From an uncultured Gammaproteobacteria bacterium (GTDB taxonomy: Bacteria; Patescibacteriota; Patescibacteriia; Patescibacteriales; WJLG01), in assembly GCA_964395625.1 (NCBI GenBank), contig CAYNAR010000007.1, positions 2,113 to 66,112 of the forward strand: 64,000 nt of DNA, written 5' to 3'. The position numbers and the translations under genes are program-made. A model generated the notes under the pieces. That model was given only the letters and a program-made list of their open reading frames with translations. It did no database searches and was not told the origin of the DNA. Below are positions 23,849 to 31,920 of this stretch, piece by piece (the stretch's first letter is position 1; each line of letters opens with the position of its first letter).

Positions 23849-25762
23849 ATGGTTAAAAAAACCAAAGCCGTCAGGAAGTCGGCCGTAAAAGCGGTGAAGA
23901 AAAGTTTCTTCGCCGGTCATTTGTATCTTTTTATCTTTTTAGCGAGCGCCTTCTTGTTTTTGATCGCCGCTTTCTATCTATTGGCGGTTTCGAATTTTTT
24001 GTTGTTCAAGAATAAGAAGATAGATGTCCCGACTATCGATGAGCAAGTTGTGAATATCCCAACAGGGATATTAGACATAACAGAGCCTCGAAGTGAGATG
24101 ACTACGACAAGCGTCCCGTCTTTTACGATCATGGGTACGGCTGTCGGAAGCACTACCGGTATTAGAGTTTCGTTCAATAATTCAGAGTCGGCAATTTCTC
24201 ATTATGACGTGTTGGCCGATTTTGTTCCCGGGCAGGCACAGTGGCGATACTATGTCTCGACAGAATCTGGCACTTTTGCACCGGGAATGAATGAATATTA
24301 TTTTACTTTATATAATGGGGATTTTGTTTTAGATACGAGAAAAGTCTTTGTTTATTATAGTAATCCTCCTGAAGTTTCAGAAGAGTCTCTGATGGTTGAG
24401 TGGTTTGATGAGCTAAAGAAAGCTTCTGGTACGAACTGGGTTTTTGTCGATGATGGTGGTAATGAGTTTGGCGCTTCAGGTGATCTTTATGAAGCTGGGG
24501 TTATAAAATCCGGTAAATATATTGGTAGTAAAGTGTTTTTATTTTCGGAGTTTACGATGGGGGTGTCGATATATCATGTGGTAGAGGTTGATGGTCAATA
24601 TAGAACTGCGTATTCTTTGGGTTTAAAGATTGATGAGGTTGGTAAGCTATCGAAAAAGATAAAATTTAAACCAGGCGACTATGTATTAAGGAAGAGTGAA
24701 TACGTTTCTGGTGTAAAGGGTGCTAATGCAAAGAATCGGGAGGTTGCTTATATTGATCCGTCGGTCGGTGAGTTGTATTACGAGGGCAATTGTCTTGTGG
24801 CTGATTTGCCGGACAACACTTTTGTTGATTATTCTTTTGACTTTCCTTTTTTGAAAGATTTAGCTATTATCTTTGTCGATGGCAAGATGAATGAAGATGG
24901 ATATAACTATATACGCCCGACTTGTGGTGGTGTCTGTAGTGAATATGTGTTTACGAAAGTTGATTTTTCTTTGTTAAAAGAAGCTGGTCGAATCGATAAA
25001 GAGGTTTTTTATGAGTTTAAAGATAGAAACGCTAAAGCTTTAAAGGATCTTTATAACAATAAGTCAACTCTGGCTTATTATAGTGATTGCGGTGTTTTGG
25101 ACAAGAGTAAATATACTTACGAAGAATTTTTAGCCACTCATCCGATTCTATTCTGGAAGGATCCATTGGGTCGTTGGGTGGAATTGACCAATGGCAAATT
25201 CGGCACCATGGCCGAGATGTGCAAACCAGTGATCTATCTCTATCCGCAAGAAAAAATTAAAGCTTCGGTTAAAGTCGCGCCTAATGGTGGTATGACTTTT
25301 TCCGAACCACAGTATAAAGGTCTTTGGGATGTCGTAGCCGAGCCGAGCGGAAAATTGACTGTCGATGGCCAGCCTTATGATTATCTTTTTTGGGAAGGCA
25401 TCGGTAAGGATTTGTCTTGGCCGAGCGAAGGTTTCGTGGTCGAGAAAGACGAGTTGGAAAAGTTTTTCAGCGACTCGCTAAAGAAATTGTCTTTAAATGA
25501 TGATGAGATATACGACTTCAACGAATATTGGATCGGCAGGCTCTCGACTAGCGATTATTGGCAGATATCCTTTATCGACGAAGAAGATTTCGATGCCGTA
25601 GCGCCCTTGTCCGTCTCTCCGAAGCCCGACACCGTCATTAGGGTAATGATCTATGCCAAGCCATTGTCGTCGCCTGTATCTATAAAGGAACAGAGACTTG
25701 ATGGTAAGAAGAGGGAAGGTTTTACGGTGGTGGAATGGGGTGGTGCCGTATTCGATAAATAA
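23849..25762 (+). CDS. hypothetical membrane-anchored extracytoplasmic protein
   Basis: 637 aa with a basic N-terminus and a single TM (LYLFIFLASAFLFLIAAFYLLAV). No motif recognised. Confidence 0.6.
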   Translation: MVKKTKAVRKSAVKAVKKSFFAGHLYLFIFLASAFLFLIAAFYLLAVSNFLLFKNKKIDVPTIDEQVVNIPTGILDITEPRSEMTTTSVPSFTIMGTAVGSTTGIRVSFNNSESAISHYDVLADFVPGQAQWRYYVSTESGTFAPGMNEYYFTLYNGDFVLDTRKVFVYYSNPPEVSEESLMVEWFDELKKASGTNWVFVDDGGNEFGASGDLYEAGVIKSGKYIGSKVFLFSEFTMGVSIYHVVEVDGQYRTAYSLGLKIDEVGKLSKKIKFKPGDYVLRKSEYVSGVKGANAKNREVAYIDPSVGELYYEGNCLVADLPDNTFVDYSFDFPFLKDLAIIFVDGKMNEDGYNYIRPTCGGVCSEYVFTKVDFSLLKEAGRIDKEVFYEFKDRNAKALKDLYNNKSTLAYYSDCGVLDKSKYTYEEFLATHPILFWKDPLGRWVELTNGKFGTMAEMCKPVIYLYPQEKIKASVKVAPNGGMTFSEPQYKGLWDVVAEPSGKLTVDGQPYDYLFWEGIGKDLSWPSEGFVVEKDELEKFFSDSLKKLSLNDDEIYDFNEYWIGRLSTSDYWQISFIDEEDFDAVAPLSVSPKPDTVIRVMIYAKPLSSPVSIKEQRLDGKKREGFTVVEWGGAVFDK

Positions 25763-26655
25763 TGCGCATGAGGAGGATTTCGAAGCTGACCATTTGCCTG
25801 TTGTTTTTATTAGTGCTTTCCGGTTGCCGAGGCGAGTATATCGCGATTGGTGCGGATACTCCGCAAGCAGAAAAGCCCGATAGTCAGCATATTGGTTTTA
25901 TCGCTGAAAAAAATAGTATAGATAAGGCCATTTCTTCGTCTAGTAAAACGATAACCACGGATAAGGTTTATGGAGCGTTGGTGAATCATCATCTCTTGGC
26001 AATTTCGGCTATGGGTGATTTATTCAAGGCTTTATCTGGCCAGAAATATAGTACGATAGTTTTGATAGGTCCTGATCATTTCGATGCCGCTAAAAATAGG
26101 ATAGCTATATCGAAAGAGAATTTTGCGACACCCCATGGTTTATTGGAGCCCGATTTAGTCTTGGCGGATAAATTACTTGGTTCGGAATATGTCTCGATCG
26201 ACGAGGATGTTTTTATTTTCGAGCATAGTATCGGCGCGCCGGTCGGTTTCATTAAGAGGAATTGGCCGAACGCCAAGTTTTTGCCTGTCGTAGTGAGCTT
26301 TAAAGCCAACGAGGAGACGGTCAAGAATCTCGGGGATAAGCTGGCCGAATATTTACCAGATGATAGTTTAGTCATAGCTAGTTGCGACTTCTCCCATCAT
26401 GTCGATCGCGATACTTCCATGCTTCAAGACGCGGAGTCGTTGGCGGCTTTGAGGAGCGGCGACATTGATAAAATCAAAAAAGCACATGTCGATTCCTTGC
26501 AGTCATTGATAGTTTTAGAGTTGTATCTCACTAAGCGCCGTTCGCGCGATTTCGAATTAGTTACCAATACGAATGCCGCCGATATTTTAAATGATCCGAA
26601 TTATGACGATGTGACCAGTTATATAGTCGGATATTTTAAAAGCGAGGAAAGATGA
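25762..26655 (+). CDS. putative lipoprotein, Memo/AmmeMemoRadiSam-B-like
   Basis: Lipobox LVLSGC. Contains ALVNHHLLA...LIGPDHF...TPHGLLEPD...CDFSHH, resembling the Memo-like His cluster. Confidence 0.45.
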   Translation: MRMRRISKLTICLLFLLVLSGCRGEYIAIGADTPQAEKPDSQHIGFIAEKNSIDKAISSSSKTITTDKVYGALVNHHLLAISAMGDLFKALSGQKYSTIVLIGPDHFDAAKNRIAISKENFATPHGLLEPDLVLADKLLGSEYVSIDEDVFIFEHSIGAPVGFIKRNWPNAKFLPVVVSFKANEETVKNLGDKLAEYLPDDSLVIASCDFSHHVDRDTSMLQDAESLAALRSGDIDKIKKAHVDSLQSLIVLELYLTKRRSRDFELVTNTNAADILNDPNYDDVTSYIVGYFKSEER

Positions 26656-26712
26656 AAGATTGCCGTCGCTATAAGGCTTGATTTGATAGTATAGTAATAA
26701 ATTAAATATCGT

Positions 26713-28515
26713 ATGTTTAAAAAAATGTCTTTGTCCGGCATGGTGTCTGATTTAGAATCAACGATTCGCAGGTTTACATTGCCAGCCTTGATCTCGGCTT
26801 GCGCGACTGCTGTTTCGATTATTCTGGTTAATTTCATCGGGGATGATGACGGCATGCTTTGGGGCAAAATTTTAGTTGTTTTGGTTTTGGCCTTTCCGTT
26901 GCTGATTTCTTCGGTCATCGTCTGTGAGAGAAAGGGCTTTGACAGGAAAATTAGATTGATCGCGGATTTTTCCATCTTGTCGCTTCTTGGGGCGTATTAT
27001 TTTTTATTGCCCAAGGATTTATTTGTCGATGGTGTCGGTTATTGGGTGTTGATTCGCCATGTACTTTGGGGTATTGGCGCGGTTTTGTCTGTCGCGTTTG
27101 TGGGTTTTTTAATGAAAGGCAAAGATTCGGTTATCGCTTTTTGGCATTATAATAAGACGTTAGTTTTTTCTTTGGCGCTGACCGCTGTATATGGCGTGGC
27201 TATTGGCGGTGGGTTGTCCATAGCGCTGACTTCTATTAATTTTCTTTTTGATTTAAATTTGGACGGTGTGATGTATGCGGATATCTGGTCGGTGGTTTGG
27301 AGCTTGTTTGCGCCCTTGTTCTTTTTGGCGCATATCCCGAAAATAAATTTGGGCACTAAAGACGAGTATGGTTATCCGAAAGAGCTGAGATTATTTACGA
27401 GATTCGTGCTACTTCCGCTGGTGGCGATTTATTTTTTAATTCTATATTCCTATACCGTCAAGATAGTCGTTTCGTGGGAATGGCCAAAGAGTATTTTGGC
27501 CTATATGATTTCCGGCTTCTCCCTTCTTGGTGTTTTGACTTATGTCATCCTACATCCTTTAAGAGAGCAATATTCTTGGGTGAGAAGGTATGGATATATG
27601 TTCTTCGCCGTTCTTATTCCGCAGGTCGGAATGCTTTTTTGGGCTCTATGGTTTAGGATTTCGCAATATAGCATTACGGAGAATAGGGCCTTGATTTTTA
27701 TTTTTGGCTCTTGGCTTTTGGCGATGGCTATTTATTTTTTGGCCTCCAGAAAAAAGGATATTCGTTTAATACCGGTCACTCTTTTCTTGATTACTGTTTT
27801 GTTTTCGTTCGGGCCATGGAGTATTTTTAGCGTCTCTAAAAATTGCCAAACAAATCGTCTTGTCGGGATACTGAAAAGATATGACGCTTTTTCGCAGGGC
27901 AAAATCGTAAAGATTGTTAAGCCGGATGGCGTTTCTGTCGAAGACAGGAGGGAAATAAGCTCTATCGTCGGATATTTATATGACGCACATGGATGGGAAT
28001 ATGTTCAGGGATTTTTTAACGATTCGATTAAAGATGGCGGTGACGGAAAGAATTACTTGACTTCTGAACAGGTGGTTGAGAGATTTATTGGTATAGAGTT
28101 TACCACCAGTCGTAATTCTGGCGGTTATGAACATTTTTACATCAATTCAACTTTAAATGCTTCTTTCGATGTGTCTGATTTTGATCGTTTGGTGATAATT
28201 GAAAATCCTGGTCGCGCACTTGATGATTACGGTTATAGTTTGACGGATAGAGGGGCCGTGTTCAATGTCATTAAAAAGAATCAAGTCGTCGCCAGTCATA
28301 ATCTAGATGATCTTATTAAGAAAAATATTAGCGAAACTGGCGATTCGTATGCGAATAATGTCGCACAGGATAAGATGATTGCGAGAGGGGAGAGTAATAA
28401 TATTTTTTATGAGTTGCATTTAAGTTCCGTGAGCGGAATGAGGAGTGGTCAAGAGGAGAATGTGAGTTATGAAAATTTACACGTTAGTGGGGTATTGTTG
28501 ATAAAAGAAAAGTAG
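26713..28515 (+). CDS. polytopic membrane protein with soluble C-terminal domain, unknown function
   Basis: 600 aa with about 10 hydrophobic helices in the first 380 aa. Confidence 0.6.
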   Translation: MFKKMSLSGMVSDLESTIRRFTLPALISACATAVSIILVNFIGDDDGMLWGKILVVLVLAFPLLISSVIVCERKGFDRKIRLIADFSILSLLGAYYFLLPKDLFVDGVGYWVLIRHVLWGIGAVLSVAFVGFLMKGKDSVIAFWHYNKTLVFSLALTAVYGVAIGGGLSIALTSINFLFDLNLDGVMYADIWSVVWSLFAPLFFLAHIPKINLGTKDEYGYPKELRLFTRFVLLPLVAIYFLILYSYTVKIVVSWEWPKSILAYMISGFSLLGVLTYVILHPLREQYSWVRRYGYMFFAVLIPQVGMLFWALWFRISQYSITENRALIFIFGSWLLAMAIYFLASRKKDIRLIPVTLFLITVLFSFGPWSIFSVSKNCQTNRLVGILKRYDAFSQGKIVKIVKPDGVSVEDRREISSIVGYLYDAHGWEYVQGFFNDSIKDGGDGKNYLTSEQVVERFIGIEFTTSRNSGGYEHFYINSTLNASFDVSDFDRLVIIENPGRALDDYGYSLTDRGAVFNVIKKNQVVASHNLDDLIKKNISETGDSYANNVAQDKMIARGESNNIFYELHLSSVSGMRSGQEENVSYENLHVSGVLLIKEK

Positions 28516-28543
28516 TGCACTATTGTGTTTTTTAAATAAAAAG

Positions 28544-28576
28544 ACCGCCTTATCGATTATAGATAAGGCGGTTTTA
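28544..28576. terminator. bidirectional terminator between convergent genes
   Basis: ACCGCCTTATC / GATAAGGCGGT 11-bp stem flanked by an A-run and a T-run. Confidence 0.8.
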
Positions 28577-28581
28577 TTCAC

Positions 28582-29523
28582 TTAGATGCCCATGGCATCT
28601 TTCTGATATTGCTTAAGACTTAATCCGGTTAGTCGAAGCACTATTTCTTTGTATCGCGCTTCGGCTTCTTCCAGTATTTCGTACGGCACGGAAAGCTTAT
28701 TAACGAAGTCTACATGATTTTCGTTCTCCGGATCAAGATTGTTGATTCCTTTGACACCAAAAGGGGTCTCGACGGTTTTTCCCCAGTCACGAACGACTTC
28801 TTTGTCATAAAACTTGGGGTCTTTCCCTGTGGCGACCGCTTTTTCCCAGTCGTTTTTGTCGACGAATCTGGAAGAGTCCGGCGTCAGAATCTCGTCGGCT
28901 ACGCAGTGATTCGATGCTTCGAATTTAGTGTCGAGAATTAAGATTCCTTTCTTCTCTGCGTATTCGTACGCGTCGGCATACATATCAAGAAGCATCGATG
29001 CCGTGCTTCTCCCTTCTATTCCCATGTCCTCATAAAAAAGAGATGGCTCCACTGGCAGGTCATGTCCGTTTTCCGACTTTGTCGTCGGAGTGAATATCGG
29101 ATTTTTCAATTTACTCCACTTGGGAAGATTCGGCGGAAGTTGTTCTTCTGCCACCAATCCGTTATTCTCGATGTATTTTTTGTACACCGAGCCACCGATA
29201 TGATGTCTGAATATCAATTCGTAGAGAAAGAGTTTTCCTGTAAGGTCTTTTACCAGGAGGGACCTTTCCATCGGCAATAAAGGGATTTGTTTTTTGTAGT
29301 TGCGCAGTTTATGGAGCATGTTGTCGGCGAGGTGATTGGGATACTCGGCAAGTATTTCCATTAACCAGAAGTGCGTTAGTGCGACCAAACATTCTCCTTT
29401 TCCTGTCACTGTGGCTGGCAGGACAAAATCGAATATGCTCAAGCGATCGCTTGCGATCACTAGTAACTCTTTTTTGTCTACTCTATAGGTGTCGCATACT
29501 TTTCCTCGATGGATTAAATTCAA
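28582..29523 (-). CDS. purC: phosphoribosylaminoimidazole-succinocarboxamide (SAICAR) synthase
   Basis: RGKVCDTY...LLVIASDRLSIFDFVLP and ILILDTKFE blocks are typical of PurC. Confidence 0.88.
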   Translation of the reverse strand: MNLIHRGKVCDTYRVDKKELLVIASDRLSIFDFVLPATVTGKGECLVALTHFWLMEILAEYPNHLADNMLHKLRNYKKQIPLLPMERSLLVKDLTGKLFLYELIFRHHIGGSVYKKYIENNGLVAEEQLPPNLPKWSKLKNPIFTPTTKSENGHDLPVEPSLFYEDMGIEGRSTASMLLDMYADAYEYAEKKGILILDTKFEASNHCVADEILTPDSSRFVDKNDWEKAVATGKDPKFYDKEVVRDWGKTVETPFGVKGINNLDPENENHVDFVNKLSVPYEILEEAEARYKEIVLRLTGLSLKQYQKDAMGI

Positions 29524-29589
29524 TCCAGCTGAAATAAGGGGGGTTGTTGGCCGTTTCAGAAAGGACGACTTTAGGGATTTTTGGCATAA

Positions 29590-30177
29590 TCACTCCTTTT
29601 GTTTTTTTGTTGCAAGTTCAATGGCTTCGGACAATGACATTCTGAATGATGTCGGTGGTTTCTTGAGACTTATTTTTGGTAATTCGCTTGAAGTTGCGAA
29701 TACGCAAGCATTATAAAAACCTCTACCTCCGATAAACATTTCTCCGGTTTCATTTTTGAATACGACCTGTGTGCCAGGGACGCAGGTAATGCTTAGAATA
29801 GCTGCCAGATTATGATCTTCGAAGTGTGGCACATGCGAGGCTATTTTTTGTTTAAGATCCTCTATGGCCACCCCTATGACGACCGTCTTTTCATTGAGCA
29901 TTGTGAACCTGAGAAAGGCATCGGTGCACCCTGTCAGATGATTGGCCCAGCCAGCGGCTACGATGATCGCGTCCGGCGGATCCATGTTGTGGGACAAATT
30001 AATAAGTATATCCTGAACAAGAAGCGTGTGCCGGTGTTGACTGGCGACATGAATCGCTAACACTTCCACGTAATCGCCATGGTCTTGCAGATATTGTAAT
30101 CCGCTGAGTGTTTGTGGTAGGTCGTTTTCCGACCCGACAATGATTACAATCCTTCTTTTTTTCTTCGAAACATTCAT
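29590..30177 (-). CDS. PurE/AIR-carboxylase-family protein, divergent
   Basis: RIVIIVGSENDLP, IHVASQHRH (compare SAHRTP) and IIVAAGWANHLTG (compare AGGAAHLPG). Confidence 0.5.
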   Translation of the reverse strand: MNVSKKKRRIVIIVGSENDLPQTLSGLQYLQDHGDYVEVLAIHVASQHRHTLLVQDILINLSHNMDPPDAIIVAAGWANHLTGCTDAFLRFTMLNEKTVVIGVAIEDLKQKIASHVPHFEDHNLAAILSITCVPGTQVVFKNETGEMFIGGRGFYNACVFATSSELPKISLKKPPTSFRMSLSEAIELATKKQKE

Positions 30178-30321
30178 TTCGATCCTCCTTTGGTTGTTGT
30201 TTGTTGTGAAAGAGCTGAATGCTTACATTAGCCCAGTTTTATGAAAAAGTCAAATATCTATGTTGTCTTTTGATATTTTATAAAAAATAAAAACCACCTT
30301 TTCGGTAGTTTTTATTTTATG

Positions 30322-31815
30322 TTATTTTTCGCCGGTTTTTTTGTTTTTTTCCTTATCGCGCGAAAAGCTTGGTATGAGTTTCTTTATTAATGAGTATTTT
30401 TGAGCGTTTTGTTTTATCTTTTCTCTGGCGCGCTTGCTTTTGACGAAGTTGAGCCAGCTCAGGCTTGGGCCTTTGCGATTTTTTTCTATTATTATTTCCA
30501 CCATATCGCCATTTTTCAACGGCTCGCTTAGAGTGGCCATTTTTTCATTGACAATCGCACCCATGGCCTTGTTTCCGATCTCTGTGTGTACGGCGTAGGC
30601 GAAGTCCACCGGTGTCGCGCCTTCCGGCAGTTCGAAGACGTCGCCCTTGGGGGAGAATACGAAGATGCGATGTTGGAAGACGTCTAGCTGGATATTTTTT
30701 ATAAAGTCCTCTGTGTCATTGATGCTTTTTTGTATTTCCAGAATTTCTTCTACCCATTTCGGTTGTTTCATATTTTCGCCTTCGTATTTTCTTTTGTAAT
30801 GCCAGTGGGCCGCGATACCGTATATATTTTCATCATTCATCTCCTCGGTGGCGATTTGAAATTCTACGGACTTTCCTTCTGGTCCGAAAACGGTAGTATG
30901 TAGAGCGCGATAGCCATTGGGTTTCGGTAAGGCGATGTAGTCTTTGAAGCGACCCGGTTTCGGTTTCCAGAGGGAGTGGACAATGCCCAATACTTTATAG
31001 CAATCCGAGACGCTATTCGTTATGACGCGCAAGGCGAATACGTCGTAGATTTCGTCGAATTTACGATTTTTTTCTTGCATCTTAAGCCAAATACTATAAA
31101 GATGCTTAAAGCGACCGTCTATTTCGTTCTCAACGTCGGCCTTTTTTAATTCGGCAATCAAGATGTTCTTTATCTTTTGTATGTATTGGTTGTTTTCAGC
31201 CTTTTTCTCTATCTCGTACTTGTATTCTATTTTTTTAAACTCTTCAGGGTAGAGGATTTTGAAGCAAATATCTTCCATTTGCCATTTAAGCCCCCACATG
31301 CCTAATAGTTCGGCGATTGGAACATATATCTCTAGGCTTTCTCTGGCGATTCTTTCTTGTTTTTCCGGCGGCAAAAACTCCAATGTTAAAAGGTTATGTA
31401 TACGGTCGCAGAACTTAATCATTATTATTCTGATGTCGTTGGCCATAGCCAAGAACATCTTGCGTAGGTTTTCGCGATAGCGTTGGATGCCACGGTATTT
31501 TATCTTGCCGAGTTTAGTCACACCTTTGACCATACTTGCGACGTCCGGGCCGAAATTCTTTTCAACGTCGGCTAAGGTGTATTCGGTGTCTTCTGGTACG
31601 TCATGAAGTAGGCCGGCTATTATCGTATTCAGGTCGGATTTCATTTGCGCCAAAAGGAACGCAGTGTAAAGACTGTGTGTTATGTATGGTTCTCCGGATT
31701 TTCTGTTCTGTCCGTCGTGGGCGCGTTTGGCGAAATCGTAAGCCAGCCAAACCAAGTCGGTGTCGGCGTTTTTGTTGTTCTCTTTTACTCTTGCGATTAT
31801 TTGTTCGATTGTCAT
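30322..31815 (-). CDS. rel: RelA/SpoT homolog, bifunctional (p)ppGpp synthetase/hydrolase (HD + synthetase + TGS)
   Basis: HD motif LLHDVPEDT, synthetase block GYRALHTTV, and TGS region VFSPKGDVFELPEGATPVDFAYAVHTEIG. Confidence 0.9.
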   Translation of the reverse strand: MTIEQIIARVKENNKNADTDLVWLAYDFAKRAHDGQNRKSGEPYITHSLYTAFLLAQMKSDLNTIIAGLLHDVPEDTEYTLADVEKNFGPDVASMVKGVTKLGKIKYRGIQRYRENLRKMFLAMANDIRIIMIKFCDRIHNLLTLEFLPPEKQERIARESLEIYVPIAELLGMWGLKWQMEDICFKILYPEEFKKIEYKYEIEKKAENNQYIQKIKNILIAELKKADVENEIDGRFKHLYSIWLKMQEKNRKFDEIYDVFALRVITNSVSDCYKVLGIVHSLWKPKPGRFKDYIALPKPNGYRALHTTVFGPEGKSVEFQIATEEMNDENIYGIAAHWHYKRKYEGENMKQPKWVEEILEIQKSINDTEDFIKNIQLDVFQHRIFVFSPKGDVFELPEGATPVDFAYAVHTEIGNKAMGAIVNEKMATLSEPLKNGDMVEIIIEKNRKGPSLSWLNFVKSKRAREKIKQNAQKYSLIKKLIPSFSRDKEKNKKTGEK

Positions 31816-31920
31816 GGAGGTGGTATAATGTAATTAAATAACAAAAACTGTGGATTAGTCAATTGCTCTATATTTTCTTTCGCTTATTTTAAGCAATCCA
31901 CTTAAAACGCGGACAATAAA

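Noticed and set aside
30240-30321. Possible terminator between rel and the purE-like gene (minus strand)
   Set aside because: The stem is only 5 bp with a G-U pair, which is too weak to call.
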